Position numbers and translations under genes: made by a program
Source: Chloroflexota bacterium
GTDB taxonomy: Bacteria; Chloroflexota; UBA11872
Length of the DNA stretch: 64,000 nucleotides
Reading direction: 5' to 3'
NCBI GenBank assembly: GCA_965220135.1
Contig: OZ244802.1
Coordinates: forward strand, 2,532,239 to 2,596,238
The notes under the pieces: generated by a model
Seen by the model: the letters and a program-made list of their open reading frames with translations, nothing else
Told to the model about the DNA's origin: nothing
Database searches by the model: none
Part shown: positions 47,815-57,242 of the stretch, in pieces
Numbering within the stretch: the first letter of the stretch is position 1
Layout of the letters: each line of letters opens with the position of its first letter

Positions 47815-48702
47815 GTGCAACGGAACGCGGACAGCAAAACAGGCGGAGCCTGCTGCGCACCGCTGCGCCTTCCCGACCTTGTACGCGATCTGATCAGCCT
47901 CGGCGTCCGCCCCGGCGACCTCCTCATGGTCCACAGCTCCCTCCGTAGCCTCGGACTCGTCGAGGGCGGACCGGAAACCGTCGTCGATGCCCTCCTGCAA
48001 GCCCTTGGGCCCCAGGGCACCCTGGTTGTCCCCACGTTCACCTATCCGACGGCCGGGGATCCCGCGTTCGTTTTCGATCCGGTCCACACGCCCTCGCAGA
48101 TGGGCGCGATCTCCGAGGCGGCGCGCCAGCGACCCAACACCCACCGCAGCATCCATCTCGCGCACAGCATCGCCGCCATCGGGCCGCTGGCCCAGACCAT
48201 CGCGACCTCCGGCGGCGCGTCCGGCTGGGACGCCGACAGCCCCATGCGGCAGGTATTCGATCGCAACGGCCGCTACCTGCTGCTCGGCGTCCCCTACCAG
48301 AACCTCACCGCCATGCACCTGTGCGAAGTGTGGCTGGGACTGCCGTACCGGCAGCCTCGTACGTCGGAAGGCCGCATGCGTCATCCCGACGGCTCCACCA
48401 CGCCCCTGGTCAACATCGGCACCCCGCCGCTCCCCGGCCACCCCGGCAGCGACTACAACCGCCTCGGCCAGCGCATGGAAGACGCAGGCCTCGTCAAACT
48501 AGGCCCCGTAGGCAACGCCATCGCCCGTCTCCTCGACGCCCAAGACATTCGTGCAGCAGCCCGCCAACTCACCCGCCAGGACCCAAACGGCTTCCTCCAG
48601 CAGGGCCACGCCGTCACCAAACTGACCTACGGCCACACGGTCAATTCAGACAAGGGCGAACACTGCACCGTCGATCCAACCCGCATCTACGACGCGACCT
48701 GA
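47815..48702 (+). CDS. AAC(3)-family aminoglycoside N-acetyltransferase-like protein
   Basis: LMVHSSLRSLGLVEGGPETVVDALLQALGPQGTLVVPTFTY and SPMRQVFDRNGRYLLLGVPYQNLTAMHLCE match the conserved AAC(3) (Antibiotic_NAT) blocks. Confidence 0.75.
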   Translation: MQRNADSKTGGACCAPLRLPDLVRDLISLGVRPGDLLMVHSSLRSLGLVEGGPETVVDALLQALGPQGTLVVPTFTYPTAGDPAFVFDPVHTPSQMGAISEAARQRPNTHRSIHLAHSIAAIGPLAQTIATSGGASGWDADSPMRQVFDRNGRYLLLGVPYQNLTAMHLCEVWLGLPYRQPRTSEGRMRHPDGSTTPLVNIGTPPLPGHPGSDYNRLGQRMEDAGLVKLGPVGNAIARLLDAQDIRAAARQLTRQDPNGFLQQGHAVTKLTYGHTVNSDKGEHCTVDPTRIYDAT

Positions 48703-48743
48703 GGCTCAAGCCCGACACGTCATAGCGACCCAACCTCCGGCCC

Positions 48744-48822
48744 GACCGCGCCCCGGAGACCTTTGCACAACGCCTCTCCCCTTCAGAGGAGACGCCGTCT
48801 TATTCCCTCTCCCTGGCAGGGT
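48744..48822. repeat. copy A of a dispersed GC-rich repeat family (about 80 bp)
   Basis: ccggagacctttgcacaacgcctctccccttcagaggagacgccgtcttattccctctccctggcagggtg aligns at about 75% with 57243-57320 (ccggaaacctttgcacaacgcccctcgccctcgcgagagggacggctcttgttccctcttgccgtgggagaggg). Confidence 0.6.
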
Positions 48823-48979
48823 GTCCAGACGGAGGACATCATTTGCACCCGTTCGGAGACATTGTGAACACATCCAGCGCTGAGATCGAAGACCGGGATG
48901 TGCCGTTTGCCGAGCGACGAGTGAGCGAAAAGCGGGCGTGATCCGGAGTCCAAAGACCGGGGAGTGTGAAGGTGAACAG

Positions 48980-49040
48980 TTGACACGCAAGCACGCACTT
49001 GCATATCGTGCGCCCTGACATGCAAGCGGACACTTGCCTT
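48980..49040 (+). promoter_or_regulatory. putative arsR promoter with tandem imperfect palindromic operator sites
   Basis: TTGACA (48980-48985), a 17-bp spacer, then ATATCG. Two similar palindromes overlap or follow the -35/-10: GCAAGCacgcACTTGC (48988-49003) and GCAAGCggacACTTGC (49022-49037). Confidence 0.45.
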
Positions 49041-49051
49041 AGACTGGTCGT

Positions 49052-49336
49052 GTGGACGTATATCGCGCGATCGCTGACCCAACCAGGCGGGCCATCCTGG
49101 ATGAACTCGTCGATCGGTCAGGTCAATCGCTCTTCGAAATCTGCGCACGCCTGACCATGAAGCACGGCATCAACTCCTCGCGGCAGGCGATCACCCAACA
49201 CCTGGGCGTCTTGGAGGCCGCCGGGCTGATTCGCACCCGGCGCCAGGGCAGGTCAAAGCTCCATTGGTTCCAGGGCGGCCCGCTCAAGGCCATCGCCGAG
49301 CGTTGGCCGATCGCAACAGATGAAAGGGACACGTGA
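49052..49336 (+). CDS. ArsR/SmtB-family transcriptional regulator
   Basis: MDVYRAIADPTRRAILDEL...GQSLFEICARL...SRQAITQHLGVLEAAGLI is the winged-HTH ArsR signature. Confidence 0.85.
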   Translation: MDVYRAIADPTRRAILDELVDRSGQSLFEICARLTMKHGINSSRQAITQHLGVLEAAGLIRTRRQGRSKLHWFQGGPLKAIAERWPIATDERDT

Positions 49337-49339
49337 ACG

Positions 49340-49735
49340 ATGAGAATCCACCTCGCCGGCGTCTTCGTAGACGACCAGCAAAAGGCGCTTCGCTTTTACA
49401 CCGAAACGCTTGGCTTCCAGCTCAAGCACAACATTCCCTTGGGCGAATACGCCTGGATCACCGTGGTATCCCCGGAAGACCCTGAGGGGACGGAGTTCCT
49501 GCTCGAGCCTGATGCCCATCCCGCGGTCCGTCCGTTCGTGCAGGCGCTTGTGGAGGACGGGATCCCCAGCACCTCCTTCGCGGTCGACGACGTGCAAGCC
49601 GAATACGAGCGTCTCCAGGCAAAAGGCGTGCAATTCGTACAGCCGCCAACCGACCTCGGCCCGGTCATCACCGCGGTACTCGACGATACCTGCGGCAACC
49701 TGATCCAGATCCAGGAGCAGAAACCCCAACCCTAA
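49340..49735 (+). CDS. VOC family protein (glyoxalase/bleomycin-resistance fold), 4 nt downstream of arsR
   Basis: 131 aa. RIHLAGVFVDDQQKALRFYTETLGFQL...ITVVSPEDPEGTEFLL...CGNLIQIQEQ. Confidence 0.8.
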   Translation: MRIHLAGVFVDDQQKALRFYTETLGFQLKHNIPLGEYAWITVVSPEDPEGTEFLLEPDAHPAVRPFVQALVEDGIPSTSFAVDDVQAEYERLQAKGVQFVQPPTDLGPVITAVLDDTCGNLIQIQEQKPQP

Positions 49736-49838
49736 CGATCGTGACCAGTCGCCCCAGCCCCCATGGGTCGTCGCCGGTCGCCAATCTCAACGGGTCGCAC
49801 CAGAGCATCAAAGGCACGGCTTCGCTGTTGCAGGGAAG

Positions 49839-50126
49839 TCAGGTGCCTGTCGAGGCGGTCCGCGGATGCCCTCCGAGAGTCCTTTCGCGAGCGGCGCTCA
49901 AGGACGGTGAGACGAAAACACCTCGGGTGCGTCCCAGCCTCAGGTTGTCCTCGGCAATCGCGTAAGCCACCGCATACCCCTCGGGCCCGGATATCTCTAC
50001 ATTCGAGTTGCGCAGCGCCTGCTCAATCGAATCAATCCGCAAATGCACCGCCCCAATCTCCCGCGCCAGCCCCGCGGCAACCGCTATCTTTCCCACGGCC
50101 GGAAGACCTCCGAATATCAGCAGCAT
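49839..50126 (-). pseudogene. truncated P-loop kinase (AAA_33-like) gene fragment
   Basis: MLLIFGGLPAVGKIAVAAGLAREIGAVHLRIDSIEQALRNSN... carries the Walker A GxxxxGK. After about 75 aa the frame degenerates (…RTRGVFVSPSLSAARERTLGGHPRT*), so the expected ~170-aa kinase body is missing. Confidence 0.45.
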
Positions 50127-50534
50127 GTGATCATGGATACTGCGCCTGCTGCGCATTCATTCGACCGCTTGAATAGTAGCGACGCGAATGCCTGTCCCGA
50201 CTGTGCGCTGACATGTGTTCGTGGGCCGCCTCGGCGGTATGTGTCCTTTCACTGGATCGTGATGTCGTATGGCGAGTCGTAGAGAGGCCACTAGATGGAT
50301 AAATCTGAGGGAAATGATTGGCAAGAGCGAATTACCACAGAATCACTCCCACCATCCTAGGAGCACATTCGGTTGACAGCCGATAGCATTGGACTTGTAC
50401 GTCACTTAGCAATTGCATTTTGCCAAAAGATTTGGTGACATCTCAGTCTGTGGCCGGACGCAAAACCTCGGCAGGCATAGCAAATCGCGAAATGCGGGTC
50501 ACGCGGACATTGGGTTCATGATAGGATTCCTATA

Positions 50535-53258
50535 GTGCCTGCTTCGTCACTTCGTGAACGAATCGTTGCCTTTCTTCAGGTCTCAAGCCGCCTAGAGATG
50601 TTTCGAATACCGACTTTGCGCTTATTGCTGCAGGGCACGGCTGTGTCAAAGGTGCGGGTCTCGCTTTCCGGTGTTCTGGTCCTCCTGCCGCTCTTTGGTG
50701 TCATCGTGGCCCTCGGTATCGCGGAAACGCCACCAATTCCGTGCCTTCCAGACCCAAGGGACGCCACGGCGGTCCTTGGAACTATTCTGGCCGCACAAGT
50801 AACGATCACAGCCCTAAGTCTAGCCGTGACACTCTTCATGATGCAGGCGATAAGTTCGAGAACGGATGTCGACGACCGGATGTACGTTGAATATGTTCGA
50901 CGTTCTTGGATACGCGTGTTCTTTTGGGGGAGTCTCACAGCCGTCGGCGTTACGGGTACCCTCCTCGTCCGCGAAGGGTTCATCGCTGGGTCGGGCGCAT
51001 CGATCGATGATCTGCGGAACACTAGCAACTTCGTTCTGACGGCAGCGATAGCTTCTATTCTTAACATGATGCTCGTGGGTGCTCTTTTTGAGCGGTCGAT
51101 TCACTACTCTCGGCCGCACCGGTGGCGGGACCTGCGTAGGGATCTTGCGAAATCCGATGTGCGGGAAGCAGTAAAGGCCTTCGTGCAGCGGACCCGCCGC
51201 ACTCAGGACGCGGAGACAGCTGGTGGATCCGACTTCACAGTCTTGCTTCCCGACTCAACTGAAGGCTCTGCCGATGAGGCAGTAAGGGCCTTGCTGGACG
51301 ATGCACGGAGGGCGATGTCGGAGCGGCGACATGAGGAGTTTAGTCGGTCCTTGGACTTCATTCGAGAACTCATCGACTACGCAATGGAGGAACTAAAGGG
51401 ATCGGGTATCCAATGGGAAGCTCCAGGAACTCAACCAAGGTGGCCGCCCTTGAAGGAGTTAAGCCGAAGTCTCTACACATTCCGAGAAGACGTGATTCGT
51501 AGCGGTGACCGAGAGTACATACTCGGACTTCTGCGCTTTGACTACAGACTTACAAGTGCGGGGATGCGTGCGCGTTGTGGTGAATTGTTCAGTGTCGGCT
51601 TGAGCGGGCACCGATGGAATTACCAGATTGCGATCCGGTTCGGTACAGGAGAGTTCCAAGAGTTGCTCCGCGACCGATTCTCTCAGAACGCGAACATGAT
51701 CATGATACGCGTAGAACCAGTTGAGGCATTTCCGTACGCCAGCGAATTGGTTAAACAGCAAGAAAGGTTGCTATCAGATGCGATTAACAGCGACCGTCCG
51801 ACCGATTTTGACGAGCTGCATACTGGCTTTCTGGACTGCCTCCGTGCAATTCGTCTTCACTGGCGAGTTGATAGCCAGACTTCTCCAAGAGTATTTCAGC
51901 TATATGAAAAGCTGGAGCAAGCCTACCGCATTGTCCTGATGGGGCTCGGAGGGCGCGCTATGGTTCTGGCTCAGCAGGACAGGGTGGCCAGGGTGAAATC
52001 GTTCTTGGACGTAGCCCGTCGATCACACGTCGACCTTTGGCAAATGGCAGACGACTTAGTGGTTGCACTTGCGTATGAGGACAACGATAACTTCTCTATT
52101 TGGCAAGAATGGGAGACCGAACGCGCTCGACCATACCAAGCAATGAGTATAGTGTCCGAGCGTTATCCCCTAACGTTCTTTGTCTTACGACTGATGGATC
52201 TAGCTTCCGATTCGATGCGAGTTTTTGGCTTGCACGGCAGGTCGCAGCGGGTGCTTGATTGGTTCACGAACAACGTTGAAAGCATTGGACACTTTGTAGA
52301 CACGGACCTGGCCCCAGCCTTTGAGGAGCGAATTGAACTCGCCAAGGGGATCCTTCTAGCCGCTGTCAGTGAGGATGAAAAGGCGGAAGACTATGACATT
52401 ATCAACCGTGAAATTAGTTCAGCCAGGGTCGCGACGCTAAGGTCTGAGGTGTATATGGCTGCTTTTGGCAGTAACACACTAGAACGCCTGTTCGAGCGAG
52501 CAGATGCGCGCTTACACCTTCCAGCAGATGCTGGTGACGATCCTCCGGAACGCGTGATTCAGGTGTTAGAGCATAAGGGTTATCTCACAGAGCCGTCTGT
52601 TGGTGCGCTCATCGACTATGGCCCGCTTGATGGTCACCAATGGGGCTATGATCTGTCTGTCGACGTGCTGCAGAGATTCTGCGAGGCGGTCGATGAGGCG
52701 ACTGAGCTGATGGTTTCGCTCGATACGCCTGGCGAAGTGCTGCAAGGAATTGACTTGGCTATAGATGACCTTTCCGCTCCGGACCAATTGGCTGTGGTAT
52801 TGGCGGGAGATTGGACTCAGATTAAAGTAGGGCTCAACACAGAGAATCCGGAAGGTCATGAGGCGTCTTGGACGTTGTCGCGCGCCGACCGGGTGGGAGA
52901 GATAGGGCGTTACCAAGGCCATCCAATCCTCAGCGCTCAAGACTATGAAGATCGGTGCGTGTACGTTGTTGATCTCGCTGGGTGGGGTCAGTTCGTACGC
53001 GCACGGACAGTCGGGGAGCACGACTTGCGCATCGCGATAAAGCCGATCTCAGTCAATCGAGCCAAGAAACTCCTAGCAGCCAATCCCAAGCATTTCGCCA
53101 GTCAGCCAGACGAGGAGTCAAAGCTCCGGAAGCTACAAACCTATGTTGAGGTGGTAATCGGTGCCCGCACTGGGTTCCGCGTCGCAGACGCTACCCGTGC
53201 TCGGCGGATTGTCCCGATCGGCCAAGTGGAGGAGAGTGGCGAAGTGGCTCAACGCTAG
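50535..53258 (+). CDS. large membrane-anchored hypothetical protein (four N-terminal TM helices plus ~700-aa cytoplasmic domain of unknown function), low-GC
   Basis: 907 aa (the real start is possibly the internal MFRIPTLRL). TM helices near res 45-65, 85-110, 130-150 and 165-185. The rest is helix-rich with no Walker, nuclease or other motif I can assign. GC is clearly below its surroundings. Confidence 0.7.
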   Translation: MPASSLRERIVAFLQVSSRLEMFRIPTLRLLLQGTAVSKVRVSLSGVLVLLPLFGVIVALGIAETPPIPCLPDPRDATAVLGTILAAQVTITALSLAVTLFMMQAISSRTDVDDRMYVEYVRRSWIRVFFWGSLTAVGVTGTLLVREGFIAGSGASIDDLRNTSNFVLTAAIASILNMMLVGALFERSIHYSRPHRWRDLRRDLAKSDVREAVKAFVQRTRRTQDAETAGGSDFTVLLPDSTEGSADEAVRALLDDARRAMSERRHEEFSRSLDFIRELIDYAMEELKGSGIQWEAPGTQPRWPPLKELSRSLYTFREDVIRSGDREYILGLLRFDYRLTSAGMRARCGELFSVGLSGHRWNYQIAIRFGTGEFQELLRDRFSQNANMIMIRVEPVEAFPYASELVKQQERLLSDAINSDRPTDFDELHTGFLDCLRAIRLHWRVDSQTSPRVFQLYEKLEQAYRIVLMGLGGRAMVLAQQDRVARVKSFLDVARRSHVDLWQMADDLVVALAYEDNDNFSIWQEWETERARPYQAMSIVSERYPLTFFVLRLMDLASDSMRVFGLHGRSQRVLDWFTNNVESIGHFVDTDLAPAFEERIELAKGILLAAVSEDEKAEDYDIINREISSARVATLRSEVYMAAFGSNTLERLFERADARLHLPADAGDDPPERVIQVLEHKGYLTEPSVGALIDYGPLDGHQWGYDLSVDVLQRFCEAVDEATELMVSLDTPGEVLQGIDLAIDDLSAPDQLAVVLAGDWTQIKVGLNTENPEGHEASWTLSRADRVGEIGRYQGHPILSAQDYEDRCVYVVDLAGWGQFVRARTVGEHDLRIAIKPISVNRAKKLLAANPKHFASQPDEESKLRKLQTYVEVVIGARTGFRVADATRARRIVPIGQVEESGEVAQR

Positions 53259-53304
53259 GCAACGCATCGAGACTCCTGGTCACTCAATGTGGCCTCCAAT
53301 AGTC

Positions 53305-54027
53305 TTAGAGCAGAGGACTCACGTCGGAAGCGACGCCGAAATGGTCCGAGAGTTTCCTCTCGCCGTGGATGTTGCTGATCGCAGCCACGGAGTCGACCGC
53401 CCAATCCGCACTAAAGGCAATGTGATCGATGCTCTTGCGTCCCTGGAAGGCAAGATCCGCCGTCATGATCCGCAGGTTCGGCTCAAAGGCCTCTTGGAGC
53501 GCCAGCCGAAGCGCCCGAGGCGCCCGGCTTCCCTGCCCGATTCTCTGGTTGAAATCCCCCATCACGATCAGACGCTTGGCGTCCACCTGTTCGAGCACTT
53601 CGGAAAGCCCGGTCAGGTACTCCTCATGGTCCTCCCACCGCCCTCTGCGCTCCGCCCCCCGCCGAGCCTCGGTCCGCGACCCAAACCACGGAATGCAGAT
53701 CCCAATCACCGCCACCTCGCCCACCGACGTCTGCGTCACGCCCGACACAAACCGCCCCGGCGGCATCGAGTCCATCCCCAGGTCATCAGCCTGGTTCCAC
53801 GGTTCCCTCGACCAGAGCAACACCTTACGCCGGTTCTTCTGTGGCCCGTATCCATACTCCGGCCGCGAGCAGATCGCGTGCCCAGATTGGGCAATTAGCT
53901 CGTCATGCGTCTCGGTCAGACAGATAATCTCCGGGCCATGTCGATCAATACGACCCAGGATTTCAGGCGTTCGCCACGACCTCGGCGTAGCAAACTGAAC
54001 ATTCCAGTTGACAATGCGCAGAGACAC
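53305..54027 (-). CDS. endonuclease/exonuclease/phosphatase (EEP, DNase-I-like) family protein
   Basis: MSLRIVNWNVQFAT...ICLTETHDE...LIVMGDFNQR...SIDHIAFSADW...LSDHFGV covers the canonical EEP blocks (N/E catalytic pair, GDFN, SDH). Confidence 0.8.
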   Translation of the reverse strand: MSLRIVNWNVQFATPRSWRTPEILGRIDRHGPEIICLTETHDELIAQSGHAICSRPEYGYGPQKNRRKVLLWSREPWNQADDLGMDSMPPGRFVSGVTQTSVGEVAVIGICIPWFGSRTEARRGAERRGRWEDHEEYLTGLSEVLEQVDAKRLIVMGDFNQRIGQGSRAPRALRLALQEAFEPNLRIMTADLAFQGRKSIDHIAFSADWAVDSVAAISNIHGERKLSDHFGVASDVSPLL

Positions 54028-54195
54028 AACCTTACGTCTTTCGCGTATATGCCAAGGCGACTAGTCGTTCTCTTTGACGCTCATTAGCAATAGGTTCATT
54101 CACAGGCTAGCATGCTTGCGTCTGGGGCGATCAATGTGCCACGCTGAACATCAACGCTATTCAGTCATAGATGCTGGGATGCTAGGGAGACTGCC

Positions 54196-55161
54196 ATGCC
54201 TGAACGTGAAGGCGAGAGCGAACAGTTGGCCGTTCGCGACAAGTGGGAGCATGAGGCACACAACTTCACGCCTTGGCTGGCCGAGAATCTTCAGGCGCTG
54301 GGCGATTCGCTGGGGTTAAAGCTGGAATGGATCCAATCGGAAGTGCCGATAGGTCCGTATTTTCTCGACATTCTGGCGAGAGAGAGTCGCGAGGATGTGA
54401 AGGTAGCGATTGAGAATCAGTTGGAAGAGACCAATCTCCACCATCTCGGCCAGCTGCTCACTTATGCGACCGGATGCGGAGCGCACATTGCTATATGGGT
54501 GGCGCCGGAATTTGGCTACGAGCACGCCCAGGCTCTCCATCTGCTCAACGAATGGACGACTGAGCGGATTCGCTTCTACGGCGTGAAAGTCGAGGTCATC
54601 AAGAAGGCTGGTGCTCCGTGTCCAGAGCCGAGGTTCCGCGAGATCGTCTACCCCGGCGGCTGGAACAAGTCGGCCACTCTTCCGTCCGGAGAGATGCCGC
54701 TATCCAAACGGCGGCATCACGAGTTCTTTCAACCCATCGTTAGTAGGCTGCTGGCAGACGGCTTTGCCGATAGTGCGTACCAGAGATTTGACCAGGCTGA
54801 TCGCACCTTCCCCTCCCGCCTCCACAAGGGCATAGCTTACGCAGTGTCTTTCTACAAAGCGAGGGCTTGGGTATCACTCCATATTGAATTGGATGATATT
54901 CAGCAGACTAAGCAGGTGTTCGATGAGTTGATGACCTCCCGAGAGCAGGTCCAGGAGAGTGTGATCGTCGGTTCCGGCAGAGATTGGCGGTGGAACAGGT
55001 ATGACAAGTTCTTGTTCTCTAGCATTAGCATCGTAGGCGACGGGTCAATCAACGATCCTCCGGCAAACCTGGAGGAGACCAGAGCCTGGATGCTCGATCT
55101 GCTACCGAAGCTTAAGGAGGTGTTCGACCCGCACCTCGAGGAGATTTTGGCTTCCATGTAG
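54196..55161 (+). CDS. hypothetical protein with N-terminal PD-(D/E)xK-like nuclease-fold signature
   Basis: FTPWLAENLQALGDSLGLKLEWIQSEVPIGPYFLDILARESREDVKVAIENQLEETNLHHLGQLLTYATG is a D...E-N-Q...HLGQ block characteristic of a restriction-endonuclease-like fold family (DUF4268-like). The C-terminal 150 aa are unassigned. Confidence 0.55.
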   Translation: MPEREGESEQLAVRDKWEHEAHNFTPWLAENLQALGDSLGLKLEWIQSEVPIGPYFLDILARESREDVKVAIENQLEETNLHHLGQLLTYATGCGAHIAIWVAPEFGYEHAQALHLLNEWTTERIRFYGVKVEVIKKAGAPCPEPRFREIVYPGGWNKSATLPSGEMPLSKRRHHEFFQPIVSRLLADGFADSAYQRFDQADRTFPSRLHKGIAYAVSFYKARAWVSLHIELDDIQQTKQVFDELMTSREQVQESVIVGSGRDWRWNRYDKFLFSSISIVGDGSINDPPANLEETRAWMLDLLPKLKEVFDPHLEEILASM

Positions 55162-55464
55162 CCATCAATAGGTTGGACCGGCCGCCATCCGTCCAGTGCT
55201 ACACAAGACCATCGGCGAGGCCGGCAGGCTCAAGAAGTCCTATTGGACGGGAAGTCACTATGCCTACTCCGCCACGTCGGAGAAATTCGTGATAGCGACC
55301 TCGCCTTCCGGAAACTCCGGCACGATCTTGAGCTTGCCGCCTACAGCGTCAATGTTAGACCGCAGACTTGGCTCGCCAGCTTCGGCCTGACGCGGCGTAC
55401 ATTGCTGAGTCTCACAGTGGAACCGGCCGTGCATAAGCTGTAAACGATTTGTCCTTTTGCAGCC

Positions 55465-57105
55465 TCACACCCAGCTCGCAACCGTCTCGACAATCCACTC
55501 ACCGTTTGCCTGGGCGGAGGCTCTGATAGTCACATACTCCTGCGGACTAGTGGACACTTGATGAGAGATATCCATACGCTTGTATTGAGACTCTATCAAC
55601 TGGCCATCGCTGCTGTAGAGCCCGGCGCGACCCAAGTGGTCGACAATAAACTGATAGGTAGTTCGATACTGTTGTTCAACCAGACAGCCCGACCCTACGT
55701 TCACTCGAAGGCCAGGCTCACAATTCTCAGTAATCTCTGGGAGCGGCGAAGGGGCAGTAGAAGTCGGCGGTGCTGACTGATTCTGTCGGTTGTCTCCCCA
55801 ACAGGCGATTGATCCACCTTCGAGAATTCCGCAGCCGTGTGATAGACCCGTGGAGACATCGATGAATGCATGGCTCGCGGGAATCCGGTCGAGCTCGATG
55901 CTACCACCCAGTAGGGTAGTCCAACATGTCGCCGAGCCTTCCAAATCAAGCCCGCATCGATATGCTTCCGAACCATGACTGACATGGCTGCCAAGGTGAG
56001 AAAGCCGGAGATTAGGAAATGGGTGGTGGATGTCTGCCGAAAATTTGCTCCAGCAAGCCACAGTCCCGTCAACTGTCAAGCCGCACGTACTATCGAAACC
56101 TCCACTTATGGATATAAACTGTTCTTGTAGATACAGGACTGTCTGATCTTTAACATTCCCCCAGCATAAGGCGGAGTTGTCCTGTCGAATACCGCACGTA
56201 TAGTCGAAGCTCGCAGTAATTGCCGCGAACTTCTCCCCCGGTGGAACCGATGACTGGCCTGCCCAGTTGGCGCCCCAGCAAACCGCTGAACCATCCGTTC
56301 GGAGAGCGCACGCGTGGCTGTCTCCGCTGCTAATGGCGGTGAACTTTTCGTCTTGCGGAGGAGGGCCCAGCGGTTGTGGGTGGCCGAGGATCGGTCCGTT
56401 CGTCTCAGGCCGTCCTCCCCAGCATGCTGCGGAACCATCCACGCGGAGTGCGCATACATGAGCGGCGCCGCTACTGACCGCGATGAATTTCTCGTCGTGC
56501 GGAGGCGTCGGCTGACCATACTCGCCGCTTCCCCAGCACACGACCGTTCCGTTGGCTCGAAGCGCGCAGGTATGTAAGTGCCCGCTGGTGATATCAGTGA
56601 AGCGGTCAGCGCCACTCGATTGGACGGCGGGGCGCTCCGGCTGAGGGGCTGCGAGGTCGAACGCCCAACCAAACACGCCGCGTACGTCCTCCCGGTGATC
56701 GTTTCGGCAAGCCGGTTCGGCCTGGTCGCCAAACACTCGCTGGTAGATCTCCACGTTGTCGTGGTTGCCGAGGTGGTTCTCGACGATGTCGTTGAGCTCC
56801 ACGCAGTCCGCCGGCCACGCGAGGTCGGGAACGTCCGACTGCGATTCCGAGCCAGCCTCATCGAACGCCCACGCAAACACTCCGCGCACGTCATCCCGGT
56901 GGTCGTTCTGACAGGCCTGTTCGGCTTGGTCGCCAAACACCCGCTGATAGATCCCAACGTTGCTGTCGTTCCCCAGGTGCGCCTCGACAATGTCGTTCAG
57001 ATCAACACAAGTAGTTGGCCACTGGGCAAAGACTGGCGTCGCGAGTGCCGCAGTTGTTAAGGCCGCAACAACCACCGCTGCGCAGATCGCCCTGGTGATT
57101 CTCAT
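55465..57105 (-). CDS. secreted RCC1-repeat (beta-propeller) protein with duplicated N-terminal ~70-aa module
   Basis: Signal peptide MRITRAICAAVVVAALTTAALATPVFAQ. Two near-identical units: CVDLNDIVEAHLGNDSNVGIYQRVFGDQAEQACQNDHRDDVRGVFAWAFD and CVELNDIVENHLGNHDNVEIYQRVFGDQAEPACRNDHREDVRGVFGWAFD. Multiple RCC1-like repeats follow (HTCALRANGTVVCWGSGEYGQ, HVCALRVDGSAACWG, HACALRTDGSAVCWGANWAGQ and others). Confidence 0.75.
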   Translation of the reverse strand: MRITRAICAAVVVAALTTAALATPVFAQWPTTCVDLNDIVEAHLGNDSNVGIYQRVFGDQAEQACQNDHRDDVRGVFAWAFDEAGSESQSDVPDLAWPADCVELNDIVENHLGNHDNVEIYQRVFGDQAEPACRNDHREDVRGVFGWAFDLAAPQPERPAVQSSGADRFTDITSGHLHTCALRANGTVVCWGSGEYGQPTPPHDEKFIAVSSGAAHVCALRVDGSAACWGGRPETNGPILGHPQPLGPPPQDEKFTAISSGDSHACALRTDGSAVCWGANWAGQSSVPPGEKFAAITASFDYTCGIRQDNSALCWGNVKDQTVLYLQEQFISISGGFDSTCGLTVDGTVACWSKFSADIHHPFPNLRLSHLGSHVSHGSEAYRCGLDLEGSATCWTTLLGGSIELDRIPASHAFIDVSTGLSHGCGILEGGSIACWGDNRQNQSAPPTSTAPSPLPEITENCEPGLRVNVGSGCLVEQQYRTTYQFIVDHLGRAGLYSSDGQLIESQYKRMDISHQVSTSPQEYVTIRASAQANGEWIVETVASWV

Positions 57106-57242
57106 TGCACCTCGCCTCTCGTCAATTGGCAGGAGACAGTTCCTGGCGCCCGTGCATGGACTGTTGACTCCGTGTTCTGCGGGTGACGCTCGCCGTCAGG
57201 TCGTGTTCCGCACATCGGATCGGCGATGAGCACGACAAACAG

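Noticed and set aside
50360-50420. TTGACA-like -35 hexamer in the AT-rich spacer upstream of the 907-aa gene
   Set aside because: It is plausibly a promoter, but there is no convincing -10 at 17-bp spacing, so I do not call it.
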